A stretch of DNA of 64,000 bases from an uncultured Planctomycetales bacterium (GTDB lineage Bacteria; Omnitrophota; Gorgyraeia; Zapsychrales; JANLHA01): contig CAYJXI010000001.1 of the NCBI GenBank assembly GCA_964374105.1, positions 135,743 through 199,742 of the forward strand, given 5' to 3'. How positions within the stretch are numbered: position 1 is the stretch's first letter; the number at the start of each line of letters is the position of its first letter. Position numbers and translations under genes: made by a program. The notes under the pieces are model-generated. The model did not search any database. It was not told the origin of the DNA and was given only the letters and a program-made list of their open reading frames with translations. Of this stretch, positions 36,001 through 48,000 are shown piece by piece.

Positions 36001-39000
36001 AAGTGAAGGTCGATGATGATTTTGGCCCCTTTGTCGAGATCTCTGTGGAGAAGGATGGCAAGAGAAAAGTCATAGGAACGAATTATTGGATTGCCGAGGC
36101 CGTCAGGCAGCATAACATGCGTGTAAACTTAAACCGTTTGGCTTTAATTGATTTTGTTTTAGGCCGGACCAATATTCAGGGGTTGCCTATTAAACCTAGG
36201 CCGTATAGGCATTTTCGGCCTGTCATAGATGTTGGCCAGATTCAATTAAGGGCAGGGCCGAATCGTGCCATTTATATTTATGGGTTAAGAACATTACGCG
36301 GAAAGAAGCTGATATTTATTCCGAAGACAAGCCAGAAAATTCCCGGAAGGTTTTTTGCGGTCCATGATATCGAAGAATATAAAAAGAACAGGAAGCGTGA
36401 CCCTGACGTGATTCTGGTGAGGGATGCCTTGGCCAAGGCCCTGGTTCTGTTAGAGAGAAGAGAGGTGCAGTTTATTGATCCGCGCGAAGAGGTCATTGTG
36501 TCGAAACGGGGATTGGAGCCTTATTTTAATGCGAAGGCCGTCAAGGAAAGCGAGGTCTTATTAAGAAAGATTATTGCACAGGCGAAGGGAGAGGGTGAGG
36601 TTGTTATCGAAGGCATTCATTTTTATCAGAAAAGGAGACAACACCGCAGCAAGAAGGCGGTTATGGTCAAGTGGGTGTTCAAAAGGGCTGATATTCTCCG
36701 GGTGGCGGACATGATGGGCTGGGAGGTTAAGGGCAAGGTTATCGGCGCCTTCACACAGGAATTGAATGTTGATCGAAATATCGTGTATATCATTTTTGAA
36801 AATCAATTAATCAAACAAGAAGGTTCGTTTGCAGAGTTTGGTGCCCAGGAACTCCAAGGATATCCGAATGCGGTGGTGAAGAGCGTCTATACCGACACCC
36901 GCGGTGTGCTCATCCATGGGGGTGTTGTCTGGTGGGGCGCGAGACCAGATTTAAAGAACCGCCGCCATATTACCCTAGAATACCGGGAAGGGAAGCCGTA
37001 TCGGGCGTGGAACGGCGACCGTTATCCTACGGACCGGCTGGATCAGCCGGATGATCGTATTAAGTCGATTATCATCGAGCCCGAATTGACACCCCAGGAA
37101 ATTATCCTGTGGGATCAGGGGAAGATTGATTTGACGCCGGGCCGGATGATGGAGAAGGAGATTTCCTGGGTCAAATTTAAAGGAGAGGAAAAGGTCCAGC
37201 TGAGACTCCATGGCGGCAGCCTCGGAGAAAGGAATTTGATTGTTCCCGATGAACATCTGGCGAGGATGAGGCACGAGAAGATTGAGAGGATAGTTATCGC
37301 CACTTTTGCCGATGAGAATCTGGGATTGCTTTTAGGTCTTTTTGCTCCGGAAGATTATCGTCAATGGCTTAAAGGGGATCTGACGGTTGTGCCGCTCAGT
37401 GTCTATGCGTATTCTCAAAAGCGCAAATCTGCCCGGCTGGCTGAACCGTTTATTATGGATCTTTATCAGTTAAGTCAAGGGAAGCCCATTAAGGTTCGGC
37501 CGGACGGTAGTCCTTGGAAATATCGGAAGACCAAGGTCCATATTGTTATAAGCGATAGCCCCAAGAATCCCATGACTGTTTACTTAGATATGACGTTACG
37601 GAATTTTGATATCAAATCCATACGTTTGAGTATACCTCCCGAGAATATAAAGAAATTGAATGTTCATCGGGGAGACGAACTTATCGTGGCCATCATTGAG
37701 GACTTAAACCACGGTCCAGTGGCTTTAATTTACCGCGGCCAGGATTTTGATCCCGAGCATCCCGCATCATCAGCCAATCTGCTGTCGACTTATACCTTTG
37801 TTTATGGTAAATGGCGGACGGTTGATTTAGCGGTTCTGGATATTGTCGCCTTTACCGAAGGTCGGAAGGATCTTGTGGCTGCCGACCGACGGTTAATCAA
37901 AAAGGTTTTTATTTTTAAGGAAGGCAAAGGGGCTGTCCAGATCTATCTTTATGACAATAACAAGCGGATAAAAGATATCGTCTTTTCGTTTACGGCAGAA
38001 GATGTAAATCAATTTAATTTGAGGAACCAACCGGGTATTACTGAATTAAAGATAGATACGGATTACGGGCCTTACATTGAATTTTCTGTTGAGGAGGATG
38101 GGAAAACCATTGTGATTGGCACCAACATCTTCTTTGAAGAAGGCGAGAGGAGAATCGTCCGCATGGATTTAGACAAGCTGCGATTCATTGATTATATTTT
38201 AGGAAAAACAAATATTCATGGGCTTCCCATAAATCCGACGCTTTATCGTCATCCTTATGTTGTGCCTAAGGCAGGCGCAGTGAGTTTGCGCGAACGGGAG
38301 CAGACGGTCGTCATCCGCGACTTAAATTCGCTTATCGGCCGTCAAGTTATCTTTATCCCCGAGGTCCATCCTAAATACGGCTGGGTATTTAAGGTTCATG
38401 ACAGCCAGCAATACATCAAGAACCGTCTGCGTCACCCAGAGGCCATTTTAGTAAAAGCCCTTGAAGGAAATGCCTTGATCTCTCTTCAGAAACTGGAGGC
38501 TGATATCATCCATCCGGAAAGGGATGTGATAATCTCGCAGAAAGGATTGTCGGCTTATTACAGTAAAGCCGATACAGAAAATTTTGCAGCTCTCATCAAG
38601 AAGATCGAAGAAGCGGCGCAAGGAAAGACAGAAGTCACCCTAGAGGGTATCCCCTTTGTCAAGAAGCGATATGAGCATTATAAAGGACAAGGGTGGACTT
38701 TTGGCAAAGACGATATCTTCAATGTCGCTAAACTAATGGGCTGGAAGGTCAAGAAAGATATTATCCAAAAATCTTTAGAGGAAGAACTGCATAAGCTCTT
38801 TGAGGAGCAGGACCTTCTATTTTTGGCCAGTCGGTATTCCTTGGATATCAAGGACATCCTCTGGAAGCTGATCGGTTATCAGCTTAAGGGCCAATATGAT
38901 GAAAAGCAGATAGAATCTATTCTCAATCAGACGATTATTTCTATTATTAACCGTTATATCGAAACCAACGGCATTGATGAGGCCCTTAAGCACGCCCGGG

Positions 39001-42000
39001 AGCCGGAAGGAGAGATCGCCGCACCGCGGTTTTTAGAGGATGTTGATTTGTCGCAGGAAGATATTTCCAATATCGCCCGGCGCATGGATTACCGAATCAA
39101 ACGCCGGATTATTAATGAGGGTCTCAAAGGTATGGCGCGAAGCCAAGCGGTGGCGTTTATTAATAAGCTCGAGGAAAGGCATTTCTACAAGAATCATTTC
39201 AGTCCCCAGCCGGACCGCTTTACCTTGGAGAATGCCCGGCAGGCGGTTGAGGATACCCTGGCCCAAGAACAGGAGAGTATCGCCAAAGAAGCGCTGGCCC
39301 GGTTGCTGGAAGATGTCAAGGAGGCCTTGAGTCTGCAGTCCCAACTGCATGAAAAGGGCTTAAGCCGCAAAACCCATCTTAATCTTTATCAGCTGATGGC
39401 GGTCATGCGCATTGTTGAGAGAAGAAAGATTCTCTTATCCGATGAGATGGGCCTGGGCAAAACCTTGGAAACGATTGCCTCGTTTATCATATCCGATACT
39501 AAAGAGATGCTGGTTGTGGCGCCCAAGGCAGCTTTAAACCGTTGGATGGATGATCTGGCCAAACACACGGATATGGATATTGAACTGGTGAATCTGACCT
39601 ATGAACCGTTAGCGTTATCATTACAAGATAATGCCAGGATTAAAGTTGTGGAGATAGCGAAGGCTCGTAGCCGGTACAAATATCTTATGTCTCCACGTGC
39701 CCCACCCAAGAAAGGAAGAAGAGTTATCCTGATTAATTATCAAACCCTGCCGCGCCTGCAGAAGTTCAAGGAAAAAATAGGCCGCCACCAACCCATCACG
39801 ACAGAATTTGTTGCCCTGGATGAAGCCCACCTCATCAAACGCGCCAGCACCCGTACCGCCAAGGCTATTTTCGGTATCACGCAGATTCAGCAAGCCTTAC
39901 AGGCGGGCTATAAGGTCATGTTGACCGGGACTCCTCTTGAGAATGAACCTAAAGATTTATTTGTTTATTTGCGCTATCTGTCCCTCGGCGGCGATTCCCA
40001 TGCCGAGAAATTGTTCCAAAGCATATCGCAGAAGGAATTCGGCTTGATATTTAAGAAAACCGATATCGGCCGGCTGTCGATGCTTTCGGGATACTTGGCC
40101 GAGATGATGATACGACGCCTTAAAGATGATGTGGTTAAGGGCCTGCCGGAAAAACAATTCGTAAGGGTTAAGATTGAACCGTTGGCTAAGACGATGAATG
40201 TGGGGGGGCTCTTCAGCGTTGCCTTAGGCGGCGATTACCAAAAACAGATGGAACTCTATAACCTCGCCATGGACCGGCCGGATATCTTTGAGCATTATGT
40301 TGAGGAAGGGATATTCCAGAGGGAAGAGGAATTAAACGAGAATATGTTTGATGGTGATACCTCTGGTTTGTCTAAGGCCAGGACATCGCAGCTTTTGCGC
40401 CTGGAACAGACCGCGACTGATCCTTCGGTGTTTATCGAGAACGGGGTTATTGGAATCAAATTCGTTGCCGCGGCGCACCTGATTCAAGAACGGCTTAAAC
40501 AAGGAAGATTTATTCTAGTATTCACCGATTACAGAACAATTGCCGGGCATTTCCGTGACTATCTTCTTCGCCAGTTAGAGAAAGACACGAAATTCAGCCG
40601 CAATGACGTCGTTTATATCGATGGGACCATTACTGGACAGGCCCGTACACAACTCATGGCACGGTATCAGAAGGCTCAAGCCCATGTCATGATTGCCACC
40701 ACGGGCACCATGGGGGTCGCCAATGAACTGACCCAGACCGAAACAATTATCTTTTTGAACAATCCGTGGAAACCATCGAGTTTAGATCAGGCGATTGACC
40801 GGGCCCACCGTCTGGATCCCTTACGGAATTATCCTGGCAAGGTGTTAGAGATTATCCTTCTTGAATTAGATGTCGCGGTGTCGATAGATCATCTTAAAGG
40901 CATTGTCTTAAGAAGAAAGAGAATTTTATCCCGGATGATTGTTGACGGTGATCTTTCACCGGAGATCCTTAAGGCGTTTAAGGAAACAGATATCCGAAAG
41001 AGCATCATCCGCGAGATTGAAAAAGGTGACGTGGTTTCTCTCGATGAGCATGAGATGACGCTCTTACAGCAGTTCCGATTGCTTCTCTCGCAGGTTCTCC
41101 AAACCAAGGATCAGGCCGAAATGCGTGAGCTTTGGGATCAGGCCGCCCATATGTATCTTGAACTCTTGGAGCATAAAGGCTCCTTCTTTGCCAACATGGC
41201 TAACTTGGAGTATTTAAGTGATCCCAAGCACGGCGAATTAGAAAGACTCTTCCCGCAGGCCAAACAGCGGCCGCTGGTTGTGGTCGATTTAGGTTCAGGG
41301 CCTTCGACATTACAGCGGGCGTATGAACGCCTGAGCCAGCGCGAGAGCTTTAGGCAAAGAAGATTTACCCTGCGTATCAAGGATTACGATATCAGCCCCC
41401 GGATGCTGTCTTTGGGTATCCACCGTAAAGACGAGCAGATTGTCGGGACATTTGAAGATTTGGATAAGGCCTTTAAAGAGGAAAGCGTTGATATGGTCAA
41501 TATCTCTTTTGCCTATCGCTACATGTCTAATCCGGCTAAGGTCCTTAGGGCGGTACATAAGATTCTCATCGATAGTGGGATTTTAACTTTGATTTTGCCT
41601 AAGAGCAACAAGATTACAGAAGAATTTATCCAAGCCTTAGTTCAGCTTGGTTTTGTTATCAAGGTCGGCAAAGGCGCGAAACTACAGTCGCAGTTAGATC
41701 AGGAGACTTACAATAAACTCCGTCACGAGTTCGGCCAGGAATTTGCCAATGATCTGGCGGATGAGGTCAAGGGCGAGTTTACTTATCTGGTGGCCGGCAA
41801 GCAAGGGGTTCCTGCGCCAAATCTGTCCGTTGAAGAGTTGAATAAACAATTGGTATTGACCCGAAGAAAGCCGGTCGCGGTAAACAAAGAAAAGGTTAAG
41901 AAATTCATTTTTGATAAGGCCAAGACCATGATCCTGCCACCAGAAGGGGCTGTTGAAGGCAAAGTCGTTTATTACCAGGATTTGGTTAAGACAGAAATGA

Positions 42001-45000
42001 ATCAAGATATAGAGACGCAAGCAGGACAATCGGTGCCAGCCACCACCAATCATCTTTATCAAAAACTGGTTACGGCTATTAGCCGGATCTCGAAACTGGC
42101 CCATCGTTATCAGACATTAAATGCTATTGAACCGAGGTCCCTGCGAAAGAAAGAGGTTATCAATCAGAAGATTGAAAAGAAATTCGGTTTATTAAGACAG
42201 CAGATTTTAGAAGGGCTAAATATTCTGAAAGATGATGAAAGAAGGGATTTGTTAATTCGATTGGCTGCCTTAAAAGAACGCGACAGGGTTAGACAATGGT
42301 TTGAGGATTATCAGCCGCTTGTCGACTTGATGGATGTTGTTTCAGCCAGTACGACAGAGGAAAACGGTAAGGCATTGAGTGAGACAGAAGACGATAATAC
42401 CCGACCGGACGCTGATCCCAGCCCCTTCACTGGCATCCAGACACCTGGTCTTTTAGTGCGCTGGAAGGCTGAGTTTAAAGATATTCTTAAAAAGGGCGAT
42501 GAGAAGATTATCGAATATTTAAAAGAGCGCTCCTATGACGAGGAAGTCATGCGGCGTGTTTCGAGGCAGCCTGTGACACCGACCGAATTTGTGAAATGGC
42601 ACGCCCGTGTTTATGATGTCGCCAAAGGGAAATGGCGAAGACCGACTGTGGGGGATTTGTCTTATCTTTTCAGTCTGGCTAAGGAAACAGATCAGGCTTA
42701 TGAACATGGTAGGAACGAATTTTTTGAAACATATCTTTTTTCACCGATTATCGACATTGATCGAGAAAAGGTGTTGATGCAAGCCAACGAGGCCGGAATC
42801 CGGGCTGCTGCCCAAGTGCACTTTGATTACAACCAGCGTATCTTTAAATCCGGCCAAGGTATCCTGGCCATGAACCAAGATGGTTCATGGCTGGCGATGG
42901 CGGGGAAGAAAAAAGATAAAAAATATCGTAAGCAAAGACAACAAGATTTTCCTCACACATCTTCTTCAAAGGACCAATCCTTAGCTAATATTCAAAGCCA
43001 GTCACAGTCTCAACAATTTTCCACTTATCGACTGAGTGGAGGAGCAATCCTTTTAACCCGACTACTTCCAGAACAAATTCAAACTTTGGATAAGTATCCA
43101 GCCGTTGTCTATGAGGATAAGACAGGTCGTTTAAGAGTGAGACAACCCGTAAGAAGATACTTCATAGATGGAACTCCTTTAAGCAAGATTAATGAAATAC
43201 TAAGCACGCGTCTTGTAGAAACAATTACGGCCCTTGCTCAAAGATTCTCAAAACGAGTGGTTGTGGTTCTTGATTGGGGTGTGGGCAATGGAGTCGCATT
43301 ATCTCAGATAGCTGAGCAGCTTTTTCAGAATCTGACTAACGTACGATTAATAGGATATGCAAATCAGTATCTACCGGAGTGGCAATCTTATGATGAGCGA
43401 GTCACATTCGTTTTAGATGTCCTGGAAAAATTACCGATTTATTTCAATCCGGGAGAAATTGATATTATTTACAGTTCTTTTGGATTAGAGCAATTAAGAC
43501 CAAAGGCGCTTTCTGATCACCTTGTACAGTTAGCTCCACTCTTACATCCGGAAGGTGAGATTCGGATGACTAATCCTGGTCAACGTACCAGACGATATTT
43601 GGAACAACTACAAATTTACTTTACTATCGAGGGTGGTGAAAATGATTTAAAACAGCCACGCATTTCACCACTTGCACTCGTTTGGGCCCACGCGGTTCGC
43701 TTCACACTTAAGCAAAAACAACAAGAAGGTGACGGGCACTTGAAAGAGGGACAGGAAATGCAAGATAATACTCCGCCTGCCATGCAACCAAAGTGGCTCA
43801 TTAGGTTTAAATTTAACCGTGCCTTAAAACGCGCCGAGATTTCTCGGTTCCTTCAAGAAGCCGCATACAAAGAAGAAGCCAAGCGGACGGTCGGTTTTGA
43901 ACGTGCTCCACCGGAGAAATTCGTCAAAGCCCACAAACATGTCTACGATGTAAGAACAAGCAAATGGCGCAAACCCACCCAAGATGAAAAAGCACAACTT
44001 CTTGAACTGGCCCATCAAACAGACCAAACCTATCGAGAGGCCTTTGAAAAGGTTCTTCATGAAGCAAAACAAATGATCTTAACCGCGAGCACATTTAACC
44101 TTGGTTTCGAGATGTTCGCTAAGACCAGAGAAGTTGCGCGTGAAATCGGCATCGCCGCGGCGGCGAAGGTCCACTTTGACTACAACAACACTGTATTTAT
44201 GGCCCAGGAAGGCATCCTGGCCATGAACCAAGATGGTTCATGGCTGGCGATGGCGGAAGACCAACCTAAATACATAGAAGGTCAATTTTCTTTAGATCAA
44301 TGGAGTAGAGTGATGATTAACGGCAAAGAAAAAGACAGAGCGAGGGGATTGCGAAAGATGCGTTTGATTAATCTCCAAGATATAAGTCAGGAGGACTTCC
44401 TTTCCATTATCGCGGGATTAGTATCAACTATCACATCAAGGGCTGGCAAATCGAGAAACCGTATTGTTGCCGTTCGGTGGCTGAATAAGGTAATGGATAA
44501 TCTCGATTTCGCAAAATTTTCCTCTGAATTGAGAAAAAACATTGAAGGCTGGATCAATCTTTTGGGGGATGAACTGGAGCGTTATGGGCCGGTATCTTAT
44601 TATGTCCGAGGCGAGCTTGTTATTATTTTTGAGAAATACGGCACGATTTTAAGTGAAGAGTCTCAAGCGGTTTTATTCCACGTCATTTATCAGGCGATGT
44701 TAAAAGAACCACATCACCGAATACAGGAAAGAGAACTTTCAACGTTAATAACCTTGGTCCGCGGAACACCAAGGATTGGATTTCGATTTATGAACTCGGA
44801 TTTTGAGATATGGGTAGAAATGACAAGATCCGAGCTAATCGCGATATTATTCGGTCTAAATATTTTAGGCGAGGATAATCATTTCAGGCTTTTTGCGGCC
44901 TGGCTTTTGAGTTTTAGACAGGGCGATGATATTGCTCAAAAAGTAGCACTGTCAACTTTACCGTTGGCAAAAGAGGCTTTAAGTGACACAGATGAAAGAG

Positions 45001-48000
45001 GTCGATGGATAGCAAAAGAATTATTAAAAACTTATGAGGAGATGAAAGACATAGATTCGATTTCCCATATTCCACCCGCCCTGCAGCCGCACTGGCGGCA
45101 GGAATTCGATAAGCATCTAAAAATCGGGAATATTTTACAAATAATTGACTTGGCGGCTAATGTAGAAGAATGGAATCGCTCGCAGAATTTAACCCGCGGC
45201 CCGCCAAAAGAGTTTGTCCGGCCGCATGAGATGGTTTATTACGCAGACCGTGGCGTCTGGAACAAACTGACCTTCGGCGCCATCAGAGCGCTATTTAGAT
45301 TAGCCTATCAAACCGACAAAGCCTATTGGCAAGCCCGCAACGAATTCCTCAGTTACGCTAAAATTATTCTGAATCGTTCTACCGAAGATAAATTCGATCA
45401 AGAATCTGACCACCTCATTCTCGAAATCGCACATCGTCTCGGCGTTGAGGCCGCGATCGTTGTTCATCGGAATTATAATTTAGAGGTTCTGATAAAAAGT
45501 CAAGGCATCCTGGCCACCACGGCTTCGGAAGACGAAGCCAAGCGCGGTGGCTCCGGCAGCTCTGGTTCACATCGTGAACCAGCGGGAGCGATGGCGCAGA
45601 AGGATAAGAAGCGAACTCGGGATAAACGCTTTTCAGATGATACGCGAATCATCCAGTGGCGTCAGCGTCTAACTGAATCTGAAATTCTTGCTGTTAGTCA
45701 TCGATACAGTTCCTTTGAAAATAAAGGTAAAGGAGATGGACTCACGCCTGAGGGTGTTAACTATGTTAAGTTAGATCCAGAAGGAAGCTCCTTATTTCAT
45801 CTTGACTATTACTTGGAACGCATCAAAGCTAGATTTGGTGAAAAACTTGCTGCCAACAGAGAATCCTCGCTGGAAGTCTTGATGCTGGGGCCTGGGTATT
45901 TCTGGCAGGCAATTGTGGCGATGATCAAGGTGTTCCCACAAATTAGAGTTATCCATTTAGTGGAGCGTGATGCCAAAGCGCTAGAAGCTCTTGATCGCAA
46001 ATTGTCTGAGTATTCGGCTGTTGAAACCATGCCGGATCTTTTAGCTTATCAGATCAATCTGCTTGAATTGCCAGCGAAACTTACCAACCGTATCCATTTG
46101 GTGTTTGATGCAGAGCTTTTTGATCCAAATCATTTTTCACCAGGACATATCTTGCAGGCGCAAAAAGAATTAGTGAGGGTGCTAAAGCCAGGAGGGCTTC
46201 AGATCAGCTGGGACGTGCAACGCATGCCCGCTTATCATGACACGTTGCCTGTCGAATCAATGTTTGATTTGATGGCCAACCTTCATTTACGGCAACCAGA
46301 AATGGAAAAAGGTGACAGTCATCTTGGGGATGAGGATAAAAGAGACCATCCCCCCGCCATGCAGCCGCGCTGGGCGACGGAATTTGATACGACACTGAAA
46401 GAAGGCCGAGGATTAGCATTCGTTGAGGAAGTGGCTTACCGTGAAGAGATGGAAAGAACGACCCAGTGGATACGCGCCCCACCGAAAGATTTTATAAATA
46501 ACCACAAGGTCAAAGGTGTAGTGAGAGTCTACGATACCGCCCTTCACTATTGGCGAGGTGCCACCCGCTGGGACATTGGCCAGCTTCATATGTTGGCCTA
46601 TCTGACCGATGCCGAATATTATCTGGCCTTTTTGGAGGCGTTAAAGTCTAGAGAGAATGTTGAGTCCGCCCGCCGGGCCGGGATCAAGGTGGCCGCAGAA
46701 AGACATGCGCAATTCAATAGGGATGCCTTCTTAGCCAAGAAAGGCATCTTGGCGATGGCCGATTCATTTAAGCGAAGCTCGCTTAAGAGGCGCAAGGCGA
46801 TGGCCAATAACGGGCGCTTATCCAAAACTCATCAACTTCAGATTGATAGTGCAAAGTATCGAGATGATCTGGATTCCCTGCAAGCGAAGGTTGACTTATC
46901 TCTATCTCAAGGTCAAGAGGTTATGCTAAAAGTGGGCACGAAACGTTACCTTCTCCTTAAGTCTATAGGAAAGGCAATCTACACTGTGCAAAGAAGGAAT
47001 CCCAATGGGACCTTGGAGCGAAAATCGGTGCTGAGGCTTATCACTTCTTATCACGATGGCTTTGATATGGATCATCTGACTTATTATTATCAACGGATAC
47101 AGCCTAAAATCAAAAAAGATCCTCATCTTATCAATCCGTTTGTGGAAATCCTGTATCTCAATAAGAGATTGAAGATTTATGAGATGGAATGGGTGGAAGG
47201 GCAGCCGGCTTCTTTCCTTGATGACAGGATTCAACAATTGAATATTATCCTTCGATTGATGAAAACATTGGCTTACATTCATAAGCAGTATAAGGTCTTT
47301 ATGGGTGATGTGAATATGGCGGGGAATGTCTTTGTGACACCTTCAGGAACCATTAAACTGATCGATTTTGGAGAAATGCGTTTGTATCTTGGACGAAAGC
47401 AGAACATAGAAAGAATACATACCGCTAAGAAATTTTATGAGATTTTAAGCATCGCTGAAGATATTTATAAATTAATTTTTGGAAGATCTCCGAGAATTGA
47501 TCAGCATTTGATAACAGTGCTGTTTAACGAAGGCGAGATAGAGCCACGTCATTACCTATATCTTAGTTATGATGAGATCGAAAAAAAGACATTGAGCAAA
47601 GGAGAAAAACTGATCTTGAATGCTCTTCGTAAGGCGATCTTTGCCCAAGGGACATATTATAAATCCATGGAGGCATTTTATGATGATCTGGTTAATACCT
47701 TGGGTAACAGGGATCAAGAAAAATATGGGAGTCACGATCGGCAACACCCTCCTGCCATGCAATCCTTATGGCGTAAGGGATTTGAAGAGGCGGTGAAATA
47801 TCAAGAGGTGCAGGAATTCTTAGAAGAGGTGGCTTATCATGAGAAAGCCAATCGATCTGAAACCTTTGAACGGGCACCCCCCAGAGAATTTGTCGCTGGT
47901 CATCTTAAGGAAGTTTATGATGTGGCTTTACGCATTTGGCGCAAACCTACCCTTTCCGAATTGAAGACTCTTTATCGGCTGGCGAGGGAAACCGATAAAG

